A stretch of DNA of 64,000 nucleotides from a virus. Its lineage: Duplodnaviria; Heunggongvirae; Uroviricota; Caudoviricetes. The notes under the pieces were generated by a model. The model saw nothing but the letters and a program-made list of their open reading frames with translations, was not told the origin of the DNA and made no database searches. This document shows, one piece after another, positions 26,349 through 36,117 of this stretch. The stretch lies in the IMG/VR virus record IMGVR_UViG_3300031413_000001, one strand, 5' to 3'. The translations under genes and the position numbers were made by a program. Every line of letters starts with the position of its first letter. The stretch's first letter is position 1.

Positions 26349-27410
26349 ATGAGGGCTGGTAAAGAAAATGGCCTGTACTTTCCCAACACTGTGGGAAGTA
26401 CGGGTCAAACCTTGATTAGTAATGGTTCGGGTGGATTCACTTGGGCCACGCCGCCTACGGTTGGTGGAACCAATGGACAGGTTCAGTTCAATAATTCAGG
26501 CACACTTTCCGGTGAAACTGGATTGACTTGGGATCCTGCAACCAGTACCCTGGGACTAACTGATGTGGACACCGGAATCATGTTCTCTGGTGTTACCAAT
26601 GAACCCACGGCACCAGCATCGGGTATGCGACTTTACGCAAAGTCAATTGCCAACAAGATGTTTCCCAAGTTTATTGGACCAAGTGGTCTTGATATTCCCG
26701 TAGCTAGTGCTCCTTGGGCCAATGGCTTTTCGCTTATCAGCGCCGGTGCATCAACAACTATCAACGTTATTGGTTGTACGGTAACCGCAGTGGGTACGGT
26801 TTCCACACCAACCATTGCATCCACTTCCATGCGAAACCAGACTCGTCGTTTTCAGATTACTTCTTCGACCACTGCTGGTACGCTGGGTTCTCTCCGAGTC
26901 AATGCCACTGAATGTTGGCGCGGAAACTCCTCTGGAATGGGTGGCTTCTTTGTGGTGTGTAGATTTTCTCTGGTAACATTGCAGTCCGGCATGAGAGCTT
27001 TTGTGGGATTGACCGATGCGCCAACAACTGCCGCTACCAACATTGACCCCACGACAAGTACCACACCGGGAAAGTTGGGTATGGCCATCAATAGCAACAG
27101 TGGTACTTGGTCGATCGTCAGCAATGTAAGTGGTACAACCCCCACGGTTATTACTTTGAATTCGACCACTTTTGCCATCAATACAACTGATATGTATGAG
27201 TTGATTATGTTTACACCACCTTTTGGTTCAACGATAACATATCGTGTTTCCAATCTTACCACTGGTACTGCGCCAACAACTGGAACCTTTGGATCCAACG
27301 TTCCAGGAACTACCACGTTTCTTGGCCGAGTTCTTTGGACTTCCAATAATGCCACCGCTGCATCAACGGCAATGGATTGCTCGCGCTTTTATCTGGAAAC
27401 TGACTATTGA
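26349..27410 (+). CDS. tail-fibre-like virion protein
   Basis: GQTL.SNGSG..TW and GQVQFNNSG motifs; T/S/G-rich. Confidence 0.75.
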   Translation: MRAGKENGLYFPNTVGSTGQTLISNGSGGFTWATPPTVGGTNGQVQFNNSGTLSGETGLTWDPATSTLGLTDVDTGIMFSGVTNEPTAPASGMRLYAKSIANKMFPKFIGPSGLDIPVASAPWANGFSLISAGASTTINVIGCTVTAVGTVSTPTIASTSMRNQTRRFQITSSTTAGTLGSLRVNATECWRGNSSGMGGFFVVCRFSLVTLQSGMRAFVGLTDAPTTAATNIDPTTSTTPGKLGMAINSNSGTWSIVSNVSGTTPTVITLNSTTFAINTTDMYELIMFTPPFGSTITYRVSNLTTGTAPTTGTFGSNVPGTTTFLGRVLWTSNNATAASTAMDCSRFYLETDY

Positions 27411-27441
27411 CATGTTGGCCCAGCTCTACTAGATTGGCTAG

Positions 27442-27738
27442 ATGAGTTGGGCCACACATATCATCCAAGAACTCCTTGAGGGAAAGACCATTCAATGCAG
27501 ACCCCGCGGCAACAGCATGACGGGCAAGATCTCCAGCGGTCAGCTCTGCACAATCACTCCCTTAGATCGAGACCCCCAGAAGGGTGACATCGTGCTCTGC
27601 AAGGTGCGCGGAAGTCAGTACCTTCATATCGTGACCGCTGTTCGTCCAGATCAGTTTCAGATCAGCAACAACCACGGTCACATCAATGGGTGGACTCCCA
27701 GGAAGAATGTCTTCGGACTACTGACGAAGGTTGAGTAA
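27442..27738 (+). CDS. S24/S26 peptidase-like protein
   Basis: GNSM...GDIVLCKV.G..YLH.V.A. Confidence 0.65.
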   Translation: MSWATHIIQELLEGKTIQCRPRGNSMTGKISSGQLCTITPLDRDPQKGDIVLCKVRGSQYLHIVTAVRPDQFQISNNHGHINGWTPRKNVFGLLTKVE

Positions 27739-28181
27739 TGCACCCCACGCCCATGCAGGTTTTCTGCAATGTTGAATTCTTCACCCAGGCATTAACCGAT
27801 GCAGGAGTGGAAGCTGCTCACGCCAAGCTGGTATCACTGACCCGTCATATTGGTGACCTGAGGGCCCTACAGGGCTGGCTGGACTTGTTTCAGCGCGAAC
27901 TGCGGGGAACCCAGCAATCGCCACATCGCTGGCCATCCAAGCGAAACACGCCCACAAAGGAAAACACCCAGATGCTCAAGCGCGCTGGGCCGCAGAAAAA
28001 GACTGTTCTTCACTATCGGCAAAAGTGCAATGAACTGGAAACAAAGATCTTGAAGAAGATCGCCCAGTGGCCCTCGCTGGAGTATGATCCCGAGGAGCTC
28101 AGCAGCACGTTTGACAAGCATACGGTCAAAAAACGGATGAAGAAGCGAGCCAGCAGGCTGCGGTTTACGTTCCAACTATAA
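27738..28181 (+). CDS. hypothetical protein
   Basis: TAATG coupling with upstream gene. Confidence 0.55.
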   Translation: MHPTPMQVFCNVEFFTQALTDAGVEAAHAKLVSLTRHIGDLRALQGWLDLFQRELRGTQQSPHRWPSKRNTPTKENTQMLKRAGPQKKTVLHYRQKCNELETKILKKIAQWPSLEYDPEELSSTFDKHTVKKRMKKRASRLRFTFQL

Positions 28182-28182
28182 A

Positions 28183-28218
28183 GCGGTTGACGCGATATAT
28201 TCTGGTGCTAACTCTGGT
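28183..28218 (+). promoter_or_regulatory. conserved phage promoter
   Basis: GCGGTTGAC-N14-TGCTAACTCTGGT. Confidence 0.65.
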
Positions 28219-28246
28219 GCATAGACAGCTAGAGGAGACACCAAGT

Positions 28247-28651
28247 ATGTCGCAGATCGAACAAGACGCAGAGAAGTTTGCCAAGATTCTCGTGGCACTG
28301 GCTCCCATTCTCCTTCACGTCCCCAATGAAGTCTCCTACGATGGACAGCAGGGCTACGCGCTCAAGCTGGGCGGCTTCTACAAGGACGGGCAGATCGTTA
28401 TTCGTAGCGTCCTCGGTGGTGGCACAATGGGGCAGGGCCTCTACACGATCACCGGTCGATATGAGCAGCTTTCGGAAATCTATCCCGGTGAGGATCTCCT
28501 GGACGAGGTCGTCAAGCTCAACGCTGATCGCTTTCGTTACTGGAATGAAGTCAAGCCCGAGTTCAAGGACATTGACCCCTCGTGGCTTCCCATTCTGCTG
28601 GAGCGCGGTCTGGTCGAGCCGGTCGTGACGACCACTTACAAGATCCGCTAA
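28247..28651 (+). CDS. hypothetical protein
   Basis: SD GAGGAG; GGFYK.G motif. Confidence 0.7.
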   Translation: MSQIEQDAEKFAKILVALAPILLHVPNEVSYDGQQGYALKLGGFYKDGQIVIRSVLGGGTMGQGLYTITGRYEQLSEIYPGEDLLDEVVKLNADRFRYWNEVKPEFKDIDPSWLPILLERGLVEPVVTTTYKIR

Positions 28652-28689
28652 ACTGGTTGACTGGCGCCCACGTGGCGCTAGTCTGCTGA

Positions 28690-30348
28690 ATGATAGAAAG
28701 GACCAATATGTTTGAGCAAGCCAAGAGCTGGCCGTTTCAAGAGGCACGGAAGCTGATCGATCACATTGCCCGCAAGGGAAAGGTGGCCGGCGACACTGTG
28801 ACTTTTCAGACCGGCTATGGTCCCTCGGGCGCTCCGCATATTGGAACGTTCGCAGAGGTCGTCCGCACCCTGTGGGTCATGAAGGCATTTGATGCACTCA
28901 CGGACAATGCCTACAACACTCGACTGATCATGTTCAGCGATGACTATGATGCGATGCGGAAGGTTCCCGATGGTCTGCCGGAATGGATGAACGATCATCT
29001 GGGTAAGCCGCTGAGCACCATCCCCAGCCCCTATCAGGAAAACGCTGGCGCCACGCAGATGATGGTCGATCAGGTCAGCTTTGCGGAGGCCAACAACGAT
29101 CGTCTGATCGCTTTCGTGGACAACATCCTGAAGACCTATGATGGATCGGTGGTTGGTGCCAGTTCCGATCGCAGCCGGGTTTCCTTTGTGAGCTCGTCGC
29201 GCTATTACCGGAGCGGCAGGTTCAACGCCATGCTGACTCACGTGGCGGAAAACTTCAATGCCATTCAGGACGTGATGCTTCCCACCTTGGGTGAAGAGCG
29301 CCGTGCAACCTACAGTCCATTCCTTCCTCTTCGTGAGGGCCGGCTAACTCAGGATTACTGCTACCCAGTGACTCCCGAGAATCAGCCAACGTGCCTGGTT
29401 GTCCACAACAATGGAAAGGACTTTGACACCGGGATCGTCCAGATGGGCAACGGTGGCAGCAAGCTTCAGTGGAAGGTGGACTGGGCAATGCGCTGGCTCT
29501 ACTTTGATGTTGATTATGAGATGAGTGGAAAGGACTTGATCGACAGCGTAAAGGCGTCGAGCAAGATCTGTCGTATCCTCGGCGGCACTCCCCCGCTGAA
29601 TATGACCTACGAACTCTTCCTCGACAAGGGTGGTGCCAAGATCAGCAAGAGCAAGGGCAACGGCTTCACAATCGAGGAGTGGTTGACTTATGGAACCACG
29701 GGCTCGCTTCAGTTGTTCATGTTCCAGAACCCCAAGGCTGCCAAGCCCCTTCACGCAGAGCTCGTCCCCAAGTTCGAGGATGAGTACATCAAGCTACGCC
29801 AGAAGGAACTGGGCTTCAACGATGGTCCCTGGTTCTTCAAGGCCGATGGCTATACCAGTGAGGTTCCGGACATTCCCTTTACGCTTCTCTTGAATCTGGC
29901 GATCGTCGCACAGAGCACCAACGCGGAAGAGATTGTCCGTTACTTGGATGCCCAGCGGCCGCTCAGCATTGCTGACAAGACATGGGTGCATCTGATGGCC
30001 CATCGTGTGACCGCATACGCAACCGCTCAGGGACTTTACAGTCAGAACCTGAGGACTCCAACGTACCAGGAGCAAGCGGCGTTCATGGATCTGGCGGATC
30101 GTCTGGTCCTCATGGAGCCGGGCTTGGACGCTGAAGCATATCAGTTCCAAGTCTACGAGGTGGGTAAGGCACATGGCTTTGATCCTCTTCGAAGCTGGTT
30201 CCAAGCCCTCTACGAGTGCTTTTTGGGTTCCAGCGATGGTCCCCGGTTTGGTGCGTTCACGGCCGCCTATGGTCTGATGAACACTGTCAAGCTGCTCCGT
30301 CGTTATGAAGTTGACGCACAGGCAACTGATGTTACGATAGAGCGATGA
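28690..30348 (+). CDS. lysS: class I lysine--tRNA ligase
   Basis: KSWPF, TGYGPSG.PHIGTF.EV.RT, KLQWKVDWAMRW, KISKSKGNG, GPRFG; alternative start 28708. Confidence 0.96.
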   Translation: MIERTNMFEQAKSWPFQEARKLIDHIARKGKVAGDTVTFQTGYGPSGAPHIGTFAEVVRTLWVMKAFDALTDNAYNTRLIMFSDDYDAMRKVPDGLPEWMNDHLGKPLSTIPSPYQENAGATQMMVDQVSFAEANNDRLIAFVDNILKTYDGSVVGASSDRSRVSFVSSSRYYRSGRFNAMLTHVAENFNAIQDVMLPTLGEERRATYSPFLPLREGRLTQDYCYPVTPENQPTCLVVHNNGKDFDTGIVQMGNGGSKLQWKVDWAMRWLYFDVDYEMSGKDLIDSVKASSKICRILGGTPPLNMTYELFLDKGGAKISKSKGNGFTIEEWLTYGTTGSLQLFMFQNPKAAKPLHAELVPKFEDEYIKLRQKELGFNDGPWFFKADGYTSEVPDIPFTLLLNLAIVAQSTNAEEIVRYLDAQRPLSIADKTWVHLMAHRVTAYATAQGLYSQNLRTPTYQEQAAFMDLADRLVLMEPGLDAEAYQFQVYEVGKAHGFDPLRSWFQALYECFLGSSDGPRFGAFTAAYGLMNTVKLLRRYEVDAQATDVTIER

Positions 30349-31007
30349 AAGTAAGACAGGATCTCTATCTCGCGTGGGCTTGGAATGAGGCCCACAAGGA
30401 GTTTGGGCTAAAACCGGATTGGCGGGAGTATCTCGCCATCCGTGCGGCCTATCAGGGATCACCTGCTGGACGACACTACCATACGTGGCAGCACATTCTG
30501 GAGACCATCCAGTTTGTGTTCCGCCACTATGGCTACCAGCCACTCGTTATCTTCGCACTCTTTTACCACGATGTGGTCTATGAGGTTGGTCGAAAGGACA
30601 ACGAGGAAGCAAGCGCGGCCAGGTGGGTTGAATACGCCCGACGACGGGACATTCATCGTCACGCGCTGCTGAAGCAGAACACTGTCACGGACTTGATCAT
30701 GACCACCAAGTACCACAAGGTGGCTCCCAGACAGGCGCTGATCTTTTCAATTATCAACGATGCCGACATGAGCATCTTTCTCGCTCCCACTTGCAAGTAC
30801 CTGGAGTACGCTCGTGATGTCTGGCGGGAGTTTCAAAGCTATGGTCGCGAGGGTTACCTGAAGGGACGGCTTGATTTCCTGGAAAAGCTGGACCCCGAGA
30901 CAATGTTCAGCACACATCAGGCCAAAGCGTTGAGTGCGGTGGTCCGCAGCAACATTGAAATGGAGCGGGACATTCTGCTTACCAACCCCGATAGGTTGCT
31001 CAACTGA
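30345..31007 (+). CDS. HD-superfamily metal-dependent phosphohydrolase
   Basis: RHYHT..HI, FYHDVVY, NEE.SA, DAD. Confidence 0.85.
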   Translation: MKVRQDLYLAWAWNEAHKEFGLKPDWREYLAIRAAYQGSPAGRHYHTWQHILETIQFVFRHYGYQPLVIFALFYHDVVYEVGRKDNEEASAARWVEYARRRDIHRHALLKQNTVTDLIMTTKYHKVAPRQALIFSIINDADMSIFLAPTCKYLEYARDVWREFQSYGREGYLKGRLDFLEKLDPETMFSTHQAKALSAVVRSNIEMERDILLTNPDRLLN

Positions 31008-31264
31008 TGACCGAGCTCAACAAAGCCCAGGCAGCATTCAAGGAAGTGCAGCGCAAGTATCCTATGTACCTGGCGCAAGCCGACTGGACCCCTGCTATCT
31101 TTGATAGCTTGGAGAAGATCGACGAGCTAAAGGAATGGCTGGACAGTCAGGGCTACAAACGTGGTGATAAGAACGCTAGGAATGATTACCTAGCGCCCAT
31201 AACGGGTCTGATCATTTTTAAGGATAGCAAGCTGGCAGTGGAGGCCAAGCTGCGTTTTGGCTAA
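31007..31264 (+). CDS. small protein with C-terminal AxxxKL motif
   Basis: Ends FKDSKLAVEAKLRFG. Confidence 0.65.
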   Translation: MTELNKAQAAFKEVQRKYPMYLAQADWTPAIFDSLEKIDELKEWLDSQGYKRGDKNARNDYLAPITGLIIFKDSKLAVEAKLRFG

Positions 31265-31439
31265 GGATGTCTGGTCCCGACCGTTAACCCAACAGGACAG
31301 CAATGAAGCTACCCAGTGGGTTCACGATCAGGGAGGAGAACACCATGTTTACGTTGACATGGATGCTGACTTGAACACCGTTTGGGCTAGGAATCTAAAA
31401 CCCAAAGATGCCGTGTGGTTCAAGCTGCGATACAGTTAG
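31257..31439 (+). CDS. small protein with C-terminal DAxxFKL motif
   Basis: Ends KDAVWFKLRYS. Confidence 0.6.
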   Translation: MAKDVWSRPLTQQDSNEATQWVHDQGGEHHVYVDMDADLNTVWARNLKPKDAVWFKLRYS

Positions 31440-31996
31440 GGCTTGATAACCACTGATGGTGGAACCAAGTTGGTGTTGGAACGACCACGGCGACTGTAAC
31501 CAACAACGGGCTCCGCTACTGCTAGGAGCGTTCCACTCTTTTTGTCATAGGCAAAGGCGCTGAACTTTGCGATGCCCTCGTCCAGCTTTCGTGCAAGCTG
31601 ACTGGAGTTGAACGTTGGCACGATGCCGCCGGTCATGTTTCCAAGATTGATGCCTGGAACTGTGATGGTCTTTCCCTTGCTGTTGATGGAAAGCGCGCCA
31701 GCACGAACCTCAATGATCGTGTCAGCGTTGTCCCGGTTGTCAACGATCGCATGGCCATTCATCATCAACCTCTGACGGATAGCGGACACCGCATACTTGG
31801 CATCCACCCCCTCAAAGTTGGTTGTATCTAGGTAGCAGACGCGAGTCAGTGGGATAGCCAGCTTCAACTGTCCAACGGCATTCTCGGAAGCTTCGCTGAT
31901 CAGCATCTGCTCCGTGGCAGTACGGCTGGGATAGGATTCACGGACGGTTGTGCAACCGGCCAAAAGTGCAAAAGCTGCGATTAGGCAATGCTTCAT
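31436..31996 (-). CDS. lipoprotein, DUF6655-like
   Basis: LAGC lipobox, RTATEQML.S.A; AGGAGATCG RBS and TAAATA upstream. Confidence 0.7.
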   Translation of the reverse strand: MKHCLIAAFALLAGCTTVRESYPSRTATEQMLISEASENAVGQLKLAIPLTRVCYLDTTNFEGVDAKYAVSAIRQRLMMNGHAIVDNRDNADTIIEVRAGALSINSKGKTITVPGINLGNMTGGIVPTFNSSQLARKLDEGIAKFSAFAYDKKSGTLLAVAEPVVGYSRRGRSNTNLVPPSVVIKP

Positions 31997-32101
31997 AAGA
32001 CCGATCTCCTCAAGTGCGTGTTCATTATTTAAGAGCGGTTTTCACTCTCGAAAAAGCACGGTTAAGCCGCTTGACAAAAGAATGTCTGGTGTTAGACAGA
32101 C

Positions 32102-32737
32102 ATGATGACCGAAGAAACAACCACCGATGTGATGCAGCACCCCATAGTCGTGAAGGCTATGGCGTTCATGATCAACGCTCACCGCAACCACGCGCTGAAG
32201 CCTGATCCTGAGCTGGGTGGCCAGCGTCGCAAGTACAGCAAGGCTCACTACGAGGTTCATCCCATCCAGGTGGCCAAGATGATCGCAAAGTCGCGGGACA
32301 ATGATCCGGTGACCGTCGCGGTCGCGCTGCTCCACGATGTGGTTGAGGATACGACCACGACCGGCCAGCATATCGGTGAGGCGTTCAAGGAGTTTGGCAG
32401 CGAGGTTTGCGCCTCGATCATCGCCGGGGTCTATGAGTGCAGCGACGTTTCCAAGTTGGAGGATGGCAACCGGGCGTTCCGGCGCAATCTCGACAAGGAG
32501 CATGCCTGGCTTGCAACGGCGGAGCGGAAGTCGGTCAAGCTCGCAGACATCAAGAGCAACTTGCCCAGCATCGTCGCTCATGATCCGGGCTTTGCTCGGA
32601 AGTGGGTGCAGGAAAAGGCAGATGTGTTGCCCGGGTTGACCGAGGGTGATCCCCAGTTGTTCCAGGATGTCAAGGCGATGATCGAGAAGTTCTTCGCCCG
32701 ACAGCCGGTCAAGGATCCCGCGTGGGAGTTGGTCTGA
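32102..32737 (+). CDS. RelA/SpoT-type HD hydrolase (small alarmone hydrolase-like)
   Basis: AH...Q.RK...Y..HP..VA, ALLHDVVED, VKLAD..SN. Confidence 0.85.
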   Translation: MMTEETTTDVMQHPIVVKAMAFMINAHRNHALKPDPELGGQRRKYSKAHYEVHPIQVAKMIAKSRDNDPVTVAVALLHDVVEDTTTTGQHIGEAFKEFGSEVCASIIAGVYECSDVSKLEDGNRAFRRNLDKEHAWLATAERKSVKLADIKSNLPSIVAHDPGFARKWVQEKADVLPGLTEGDPQLFQDVKAMIEKFFARQPVKDPAWELV

Positions 32738-33006
32738 TGGCCAGTCGTCGTTACAGTGAGCAGGAAGAGAATCTCACCGAGTACCGTGGCTTCCAGGCCA
32801 GCTACTCTTGCCCTTGGATGGTAATCTATCCCCGAGGCAACCGGAAGCGCCTCGATATCGCGCAGGTGCGTGACTACGAGAAGAGTGAATGGGACCTGGC
32901 TTCGAGCGAGACATTCATCTACGAAGAGGATGCCCGCGAGTACATGCAGGATCTTGCCAACGAGAATGGTCTCCGCGGCGAAGGCACCAGGGCCTATCTG
33001 GACTAG
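32737..33006 (+). CDS. hypothetical protein
   Basis: TGATG coupling. Confidence 0.6.
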   Translation: MASRRYSEQEENLTEYRGFQASYSCPWMVIYPRGNRKRLDIAQVRDYEKSEWDLASSETFIYEEDAREYMQDLANENGLRGEGTRAYLD

Positions 33007-33016
33007 GAGAGATCGA

Positions 33017-33280
33017 ATGATTAGCCTGAGCTATCCCCTGACGGGTGATGAAGAGCCCAACGAGGAACTGGAAGATGAACTCGATCGTCTGATGGGCGAC
33101 AGCGACTACGGCCGCTGCGGCGATGGCGGAGTCTCGGGAGAGGTTCGCGAAGTCGAGTACGAGGGCGATACCGGTCAGGACGATCGGGACTTCAAGGACC
33201 TGACATTCCTCCACCAGCAGATCCTGGATCTGGATCCTCGCATCAAGTGGGAAATCTACGCCGACGAGGAAGACGATTGA
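33017..33280 (+). CDS. highly acidic hypothetical protein
   Basis: D/E-rich 87 aa; SD AGGAG. Confidence 0.6.
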   Translation: MISLSYPLTGDEEPNEELEDELDRLMGDSDYGRCGDGGVSGEVREVEYEGDTGQDDRDFKDLTFLHQQILDLDPRIKWEIYADEEDD

Positions 33281-33555
33281 TGGTGATCGAGGATCTTTAC
33301 CGTAAGTTCAACGAACTGATGAACAAGCGGAACTATCCTCGGGTTGCCTACGTTGATCGCGTTCCGCCCCAGCGAGTCCTAGACAGTTGGTGTGAGGACA
33401 TGAACATGTACAAGCCATTCAAAGACGAGCAGTGGACGCTGGTTGGCGAGGACCCCAAACTCTGCCGCCAACTTTGTGTAATGGCCATGTGTATCAAGAT
33501 CGCAAAAGAGCAGGGCATGGCCGCCGCAACCCTCTACAAGCTTCAGCAAGGATAA
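33280..33555 (+). CDS. small protein with C-terminal AxxYKL motif
   Basis: Ends GMAAATLYKLQQG. Confidence 0.6.
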   Translation: MVIEDLYRKFNELMNKRNYPRVAYVDRVPPQRVLDSWCEDMNMYKPFKDEQWTLVGEDPKLCRQLCVMAMCIKIAKEQGMAAATLYKLQQG

Positions 33556-33558
33556 GAG

Positions 33559-33780
33559 ATGGCTGGTTGGTATCTTCTGATTGCCCTCTTGGCCTTTATG
33601 TTCCTAATGGGGGTTCGTCCCAATTTTGGGCGACTGCTGGGAACCCAGAGAAAATGGTACACCCATCCCGATTACGTGATGGTCCATGGCGCGCAATACA
33701 ATGGGCTGATAACCTATTACGTGTTCTTCGTACCCGTGTGGAAACGTGGCTTCCATCATTCAACCGGATGGTATGATTAA
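33559..33780 (+). CDS. small membrane protein
   Basis: N-terminal TM. Confidence 0.55.
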   Translation: MAGWYLLIALLAFMFLMGVRPNFGRLLGTQRKWYTHPDYVMVHGAQYNGLITYYVFFVPVWKRGFHHSTGWYD

Positions 33781-33817
33781 ACTGGTTGACGTAGGGATCG
33801 TTGGTGCTAACTCTGGT
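33780..33817 (+). promoter_or_regulatory. conserved phage promoter
   Basis: AACTGGTTGAC-N14-TGCTAACTCTGGT. Confidence 0.7.
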
Positions 33818-33841
33818 GTATAGGCAAACACGGAGTAGAAA

Positions 33842-34066
33842 ATGTTCTCGATGATCCTGATGGCAGCAGCGGCAACGATGACCCCTGGTGCAGTGGCCCG
33901 CCACAACGCTGGTGCAGCCCAGATGGACAAGCTGATCGACCAGATCGAGACGCTCTACGAGGACGCAGATGCAACCGGGAATACGGCGCGCAGCCGAGTG
34001 GTCGAGAAGAAGACCCGGAAGCCGCTAAAGATGAGCTTTGGTCCTCAGGGCCCCAACGTCCTCTAA
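33842..34066 (+). CDS. small exported hypothetical protein
   Basis: Short signal-like N-terminus; SD GGAG. Confidence 0.6.
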   Translation: MFSMILMAAAATMTPGAVARHNAGAAQMDKLIDQIETLYEDADATGNTARSRVVEKKTRKPLKMSFGPQGPNVL

Positions 34067-34080
34067 AGGGAGAGTCCATC

Positions 34081-34314
34081 ATGAACGCACGGCCCGAAGT
34101 CGATAAACTGGAACGACTTTCCAATGAGCTAAAGGCTCTCCGTCGTGAAGGTTACGACACCACCAATGATTCCCGCTACACCGAGATCCGTCGAGCCGGC
34201 GGATTGCTGGAGCAAAAGAGTCGTGAAGTGGATCGCGCCAAGGCTCGCGTTCGCCAGCTGGTCTCGCAGGAATTCGGTGTTGATCTTCTCAAGCTCTACA
34301 GCTTGGTGCACTGA
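34081..34314 (+). CDS. hypothetical protein
   Basis: SD GGAG; coiled coil. Confidence 0.6.
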   Translation: MNARPEVDKLERLSNELKALRREGYDTTNDSRYTEIRRAGGLLEQKSREVDRAKARVRQLVSQEFGVDLLKLYSLVH

Positions 34315-34688
34315 TGCTGGATCTTTCGCCTGAGGGCATCGCCGCCGCGGAGCAGGCGCAGATCGACCGGCTGGACCCCACGCTCAAGGGCACAACGGTA
34401 GAGCAGCTTGCCCGGGCCATCGTGGGGGCCTTTGACATGACCGACTACTGTAACGCCGGGGGCAAGGAGCCGCGTCGTACCGCACGCCGTAGGGCCGTGA
34501 TCGAAACGCGAGCCAAGCTGGTCGAGGACTTGCAAGATCCAAGGTATCCGCGTATCATGATCGAAGCAATCTTCCACGAAGCAACGCGGAAGATGGTTGA
34601 GGCCAGCGCGGCCCTCAAGGAGAGAAGTGAAAATGGCCAAGCTCTTGCAATTCCCCACTCCCAAAGGGTATCACGTCGTAAGTCTTGA
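34314..34688 (+). CDS. hypothetical protein
   Basis: TGATG coupling. Confidence 0.6.
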   Translation: MLDLSPEGIAAAEQAQIDRLDPTLKGTTVEQLARAIVGAFDMTDYCNAGGKEPRRTARRRAVIETRAKLVEDLQDPRYPRIMIEAIFHEATRKMVEASAALKERSENGQALAIPHSQRVSRRKS

Positions 34689-34881
34689 CCTCTTCCTAGA
34701 GCCCGATGGCTCGGTGCTGGCAAGGGTATCGGACATGAGCCCCAATGTGATCGAAAAGATGGGTGGGGAGGTCGCAGACAAGATGCTGAAGATCGCCACG
34801 TGGACTCAGCAAGGAGCCGAGAATCTCGCCGAACAAGCAACCGCGTTGCGTATGCCCGACGAGACTCCCGGCCCCATTTAA
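34633..34881 (+). CDS. hypothetical protein
   Basis: SD AGGAG before ATG 34633. Confidence 0.55.
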   Translation: MAKLLQFPTPKGYHVVSLDLFLEPDGSVLARVSDMSPNVIEKMGGEVADKMLKIATWTQQGAENLAEQATALRMPDETPGPI

Positions 34882-34896
34882 CACTAGATTGTGGGT

Positions 34897-36114
34897 TTAG
34901 GGTTCCAAGCCAACAACGGTCCAGCTGAACTGGTTATTAGTACGGTCAAGACCAAACCAGACAACCTTTCCATCAATGAACTCAGGATAGGTCTGATGGA
35001 AGTTCGCGTAAGTTGTTGGCGTTCCATTTAGACTGAAGCCTGTGTTGCTGTTCTGAGAACTGGCAGCACTCTGCTCACTCATGTTCTGATCCACTCGACG
35101 GATAACCTTGAACCTGTGAGGAAAGTTCACTGGATTGCTCAGGGAGTTGCGAGTCATCTTCAACACATAGTCAGTGGTCAGTGGCAACAAGTAGTGACCC
35201 GCAGTATCAATAGCGGTCACGTTGGTAAAGCCACTGGAACCTAGGCTGATAAAGCTGCCAGCCGTGTAATCAATGGAAACCCACGCGATGCTGTAATTGC
35301 TGGTCAAGTATGCCATGCGGTCACCAGGAAGGGGTACCATGTCGCCTAGACCAATATTAGCAGTTGTCACGGGTAGTTTGTTCCATGGAACTTGAACGGC
35401 ACCAGTTTGGTTGTTGATTACCACACCAGTTGCACCGCGAAGTTCGCCCACACCACTACTGAAGTAGCGATGCTGAATTAGTGTTAGATCACGTCCAGGA
35501 ATGGGCCTAGCGGTGATCTCGCAGTTGTTGATCAGGTTGGAAAACAAGATCGTGGGAGCAACGTCCCACGTCATTGTCTTGGTCGTGGTGTTGTAGGTTC
35601 CCTTGACACCCTGTGTTGTGCTGCTTGAAGAACCATTGGTACCCTGTGCAACATACATCACAAGGTTGTCTTTGAGCTCAACAATCTTAAAATTGGTTTG
35701 AGCAAACGTTGACAACGCGGCAGACGTGGTAGTGGTTCCAAAGCCAAACTGACCCATGTCAACGCGAGTGAATACTCCCTGCGGATCAACCTCAAAGACG
35801 TACCAGCTCATGTTGCCAGTGTAGACACCGGTCATCATCATAAACGTGGTCTGATTGATTCGAGCGCAGGTCATGTAATTGCTCTGCGTCAAAGGCATCA
35901 GTAGCTGCTGATTGGTTAGCGTGGCAGTGCCCTGACTGGTGATACCACCCGAGACGTCGATGACACTGGCCGCCAGCCAGTTGGGAGAAGTTTGATAGTA
36001 AAGCCAGACCATACGCGATGTGGACAGGCGAACCATTCCATGACCGGTCTTGTCGGTGTTGAATGAACCACCCTGAAAGGGCATTGCACCAATTGAGCGA
36101 ACTGTAGTTGCCAT
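34897..36114 (-). CDS. beta-rich putative virion protein (paralogue A)
   Basis: VRLS..RMV..Y and K..RR.D.N motifs shared with 36922 and 38247. Confidence 0.75.
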   Translation of the reverse strand: MATTVRSIGAMPFQGGSFNTDKTGHGMVRLSTSRMVWLYYQTSPNWLAASVIDVSGGITSQGTATLTNQQLLMPLTQSNYMTCARINQTTFMMMTGVYTGNMSWYVFEVDPQGVFTRVDMGQFGFGTTTTSAALSTFAQTNFKIVELKDNLVMYVAQGTNGSSSSTTQGVKGTYNTTTKTMTWDVAPTILFSNLINNCEITARPIPGRDLTLIQHRYFSSGVGELRGATGVVINNQTGAVQVPWNKLPVTTANIGLGDMVPLPGDRMAYLTSNYSIAWVSIDYTAGSFISLGSSGFTNVTAIDTAGHYLLPLTTDYVLKMTRNSLSNPVNFPHRFKVIRRVDQNMSEQSAASSQNSNTGFSLNGTPTTYANFHQTYPEFIDGKVVWFGLDRTNNQFSWTVVGLEP

Positions 36115-36117
36115 CTT

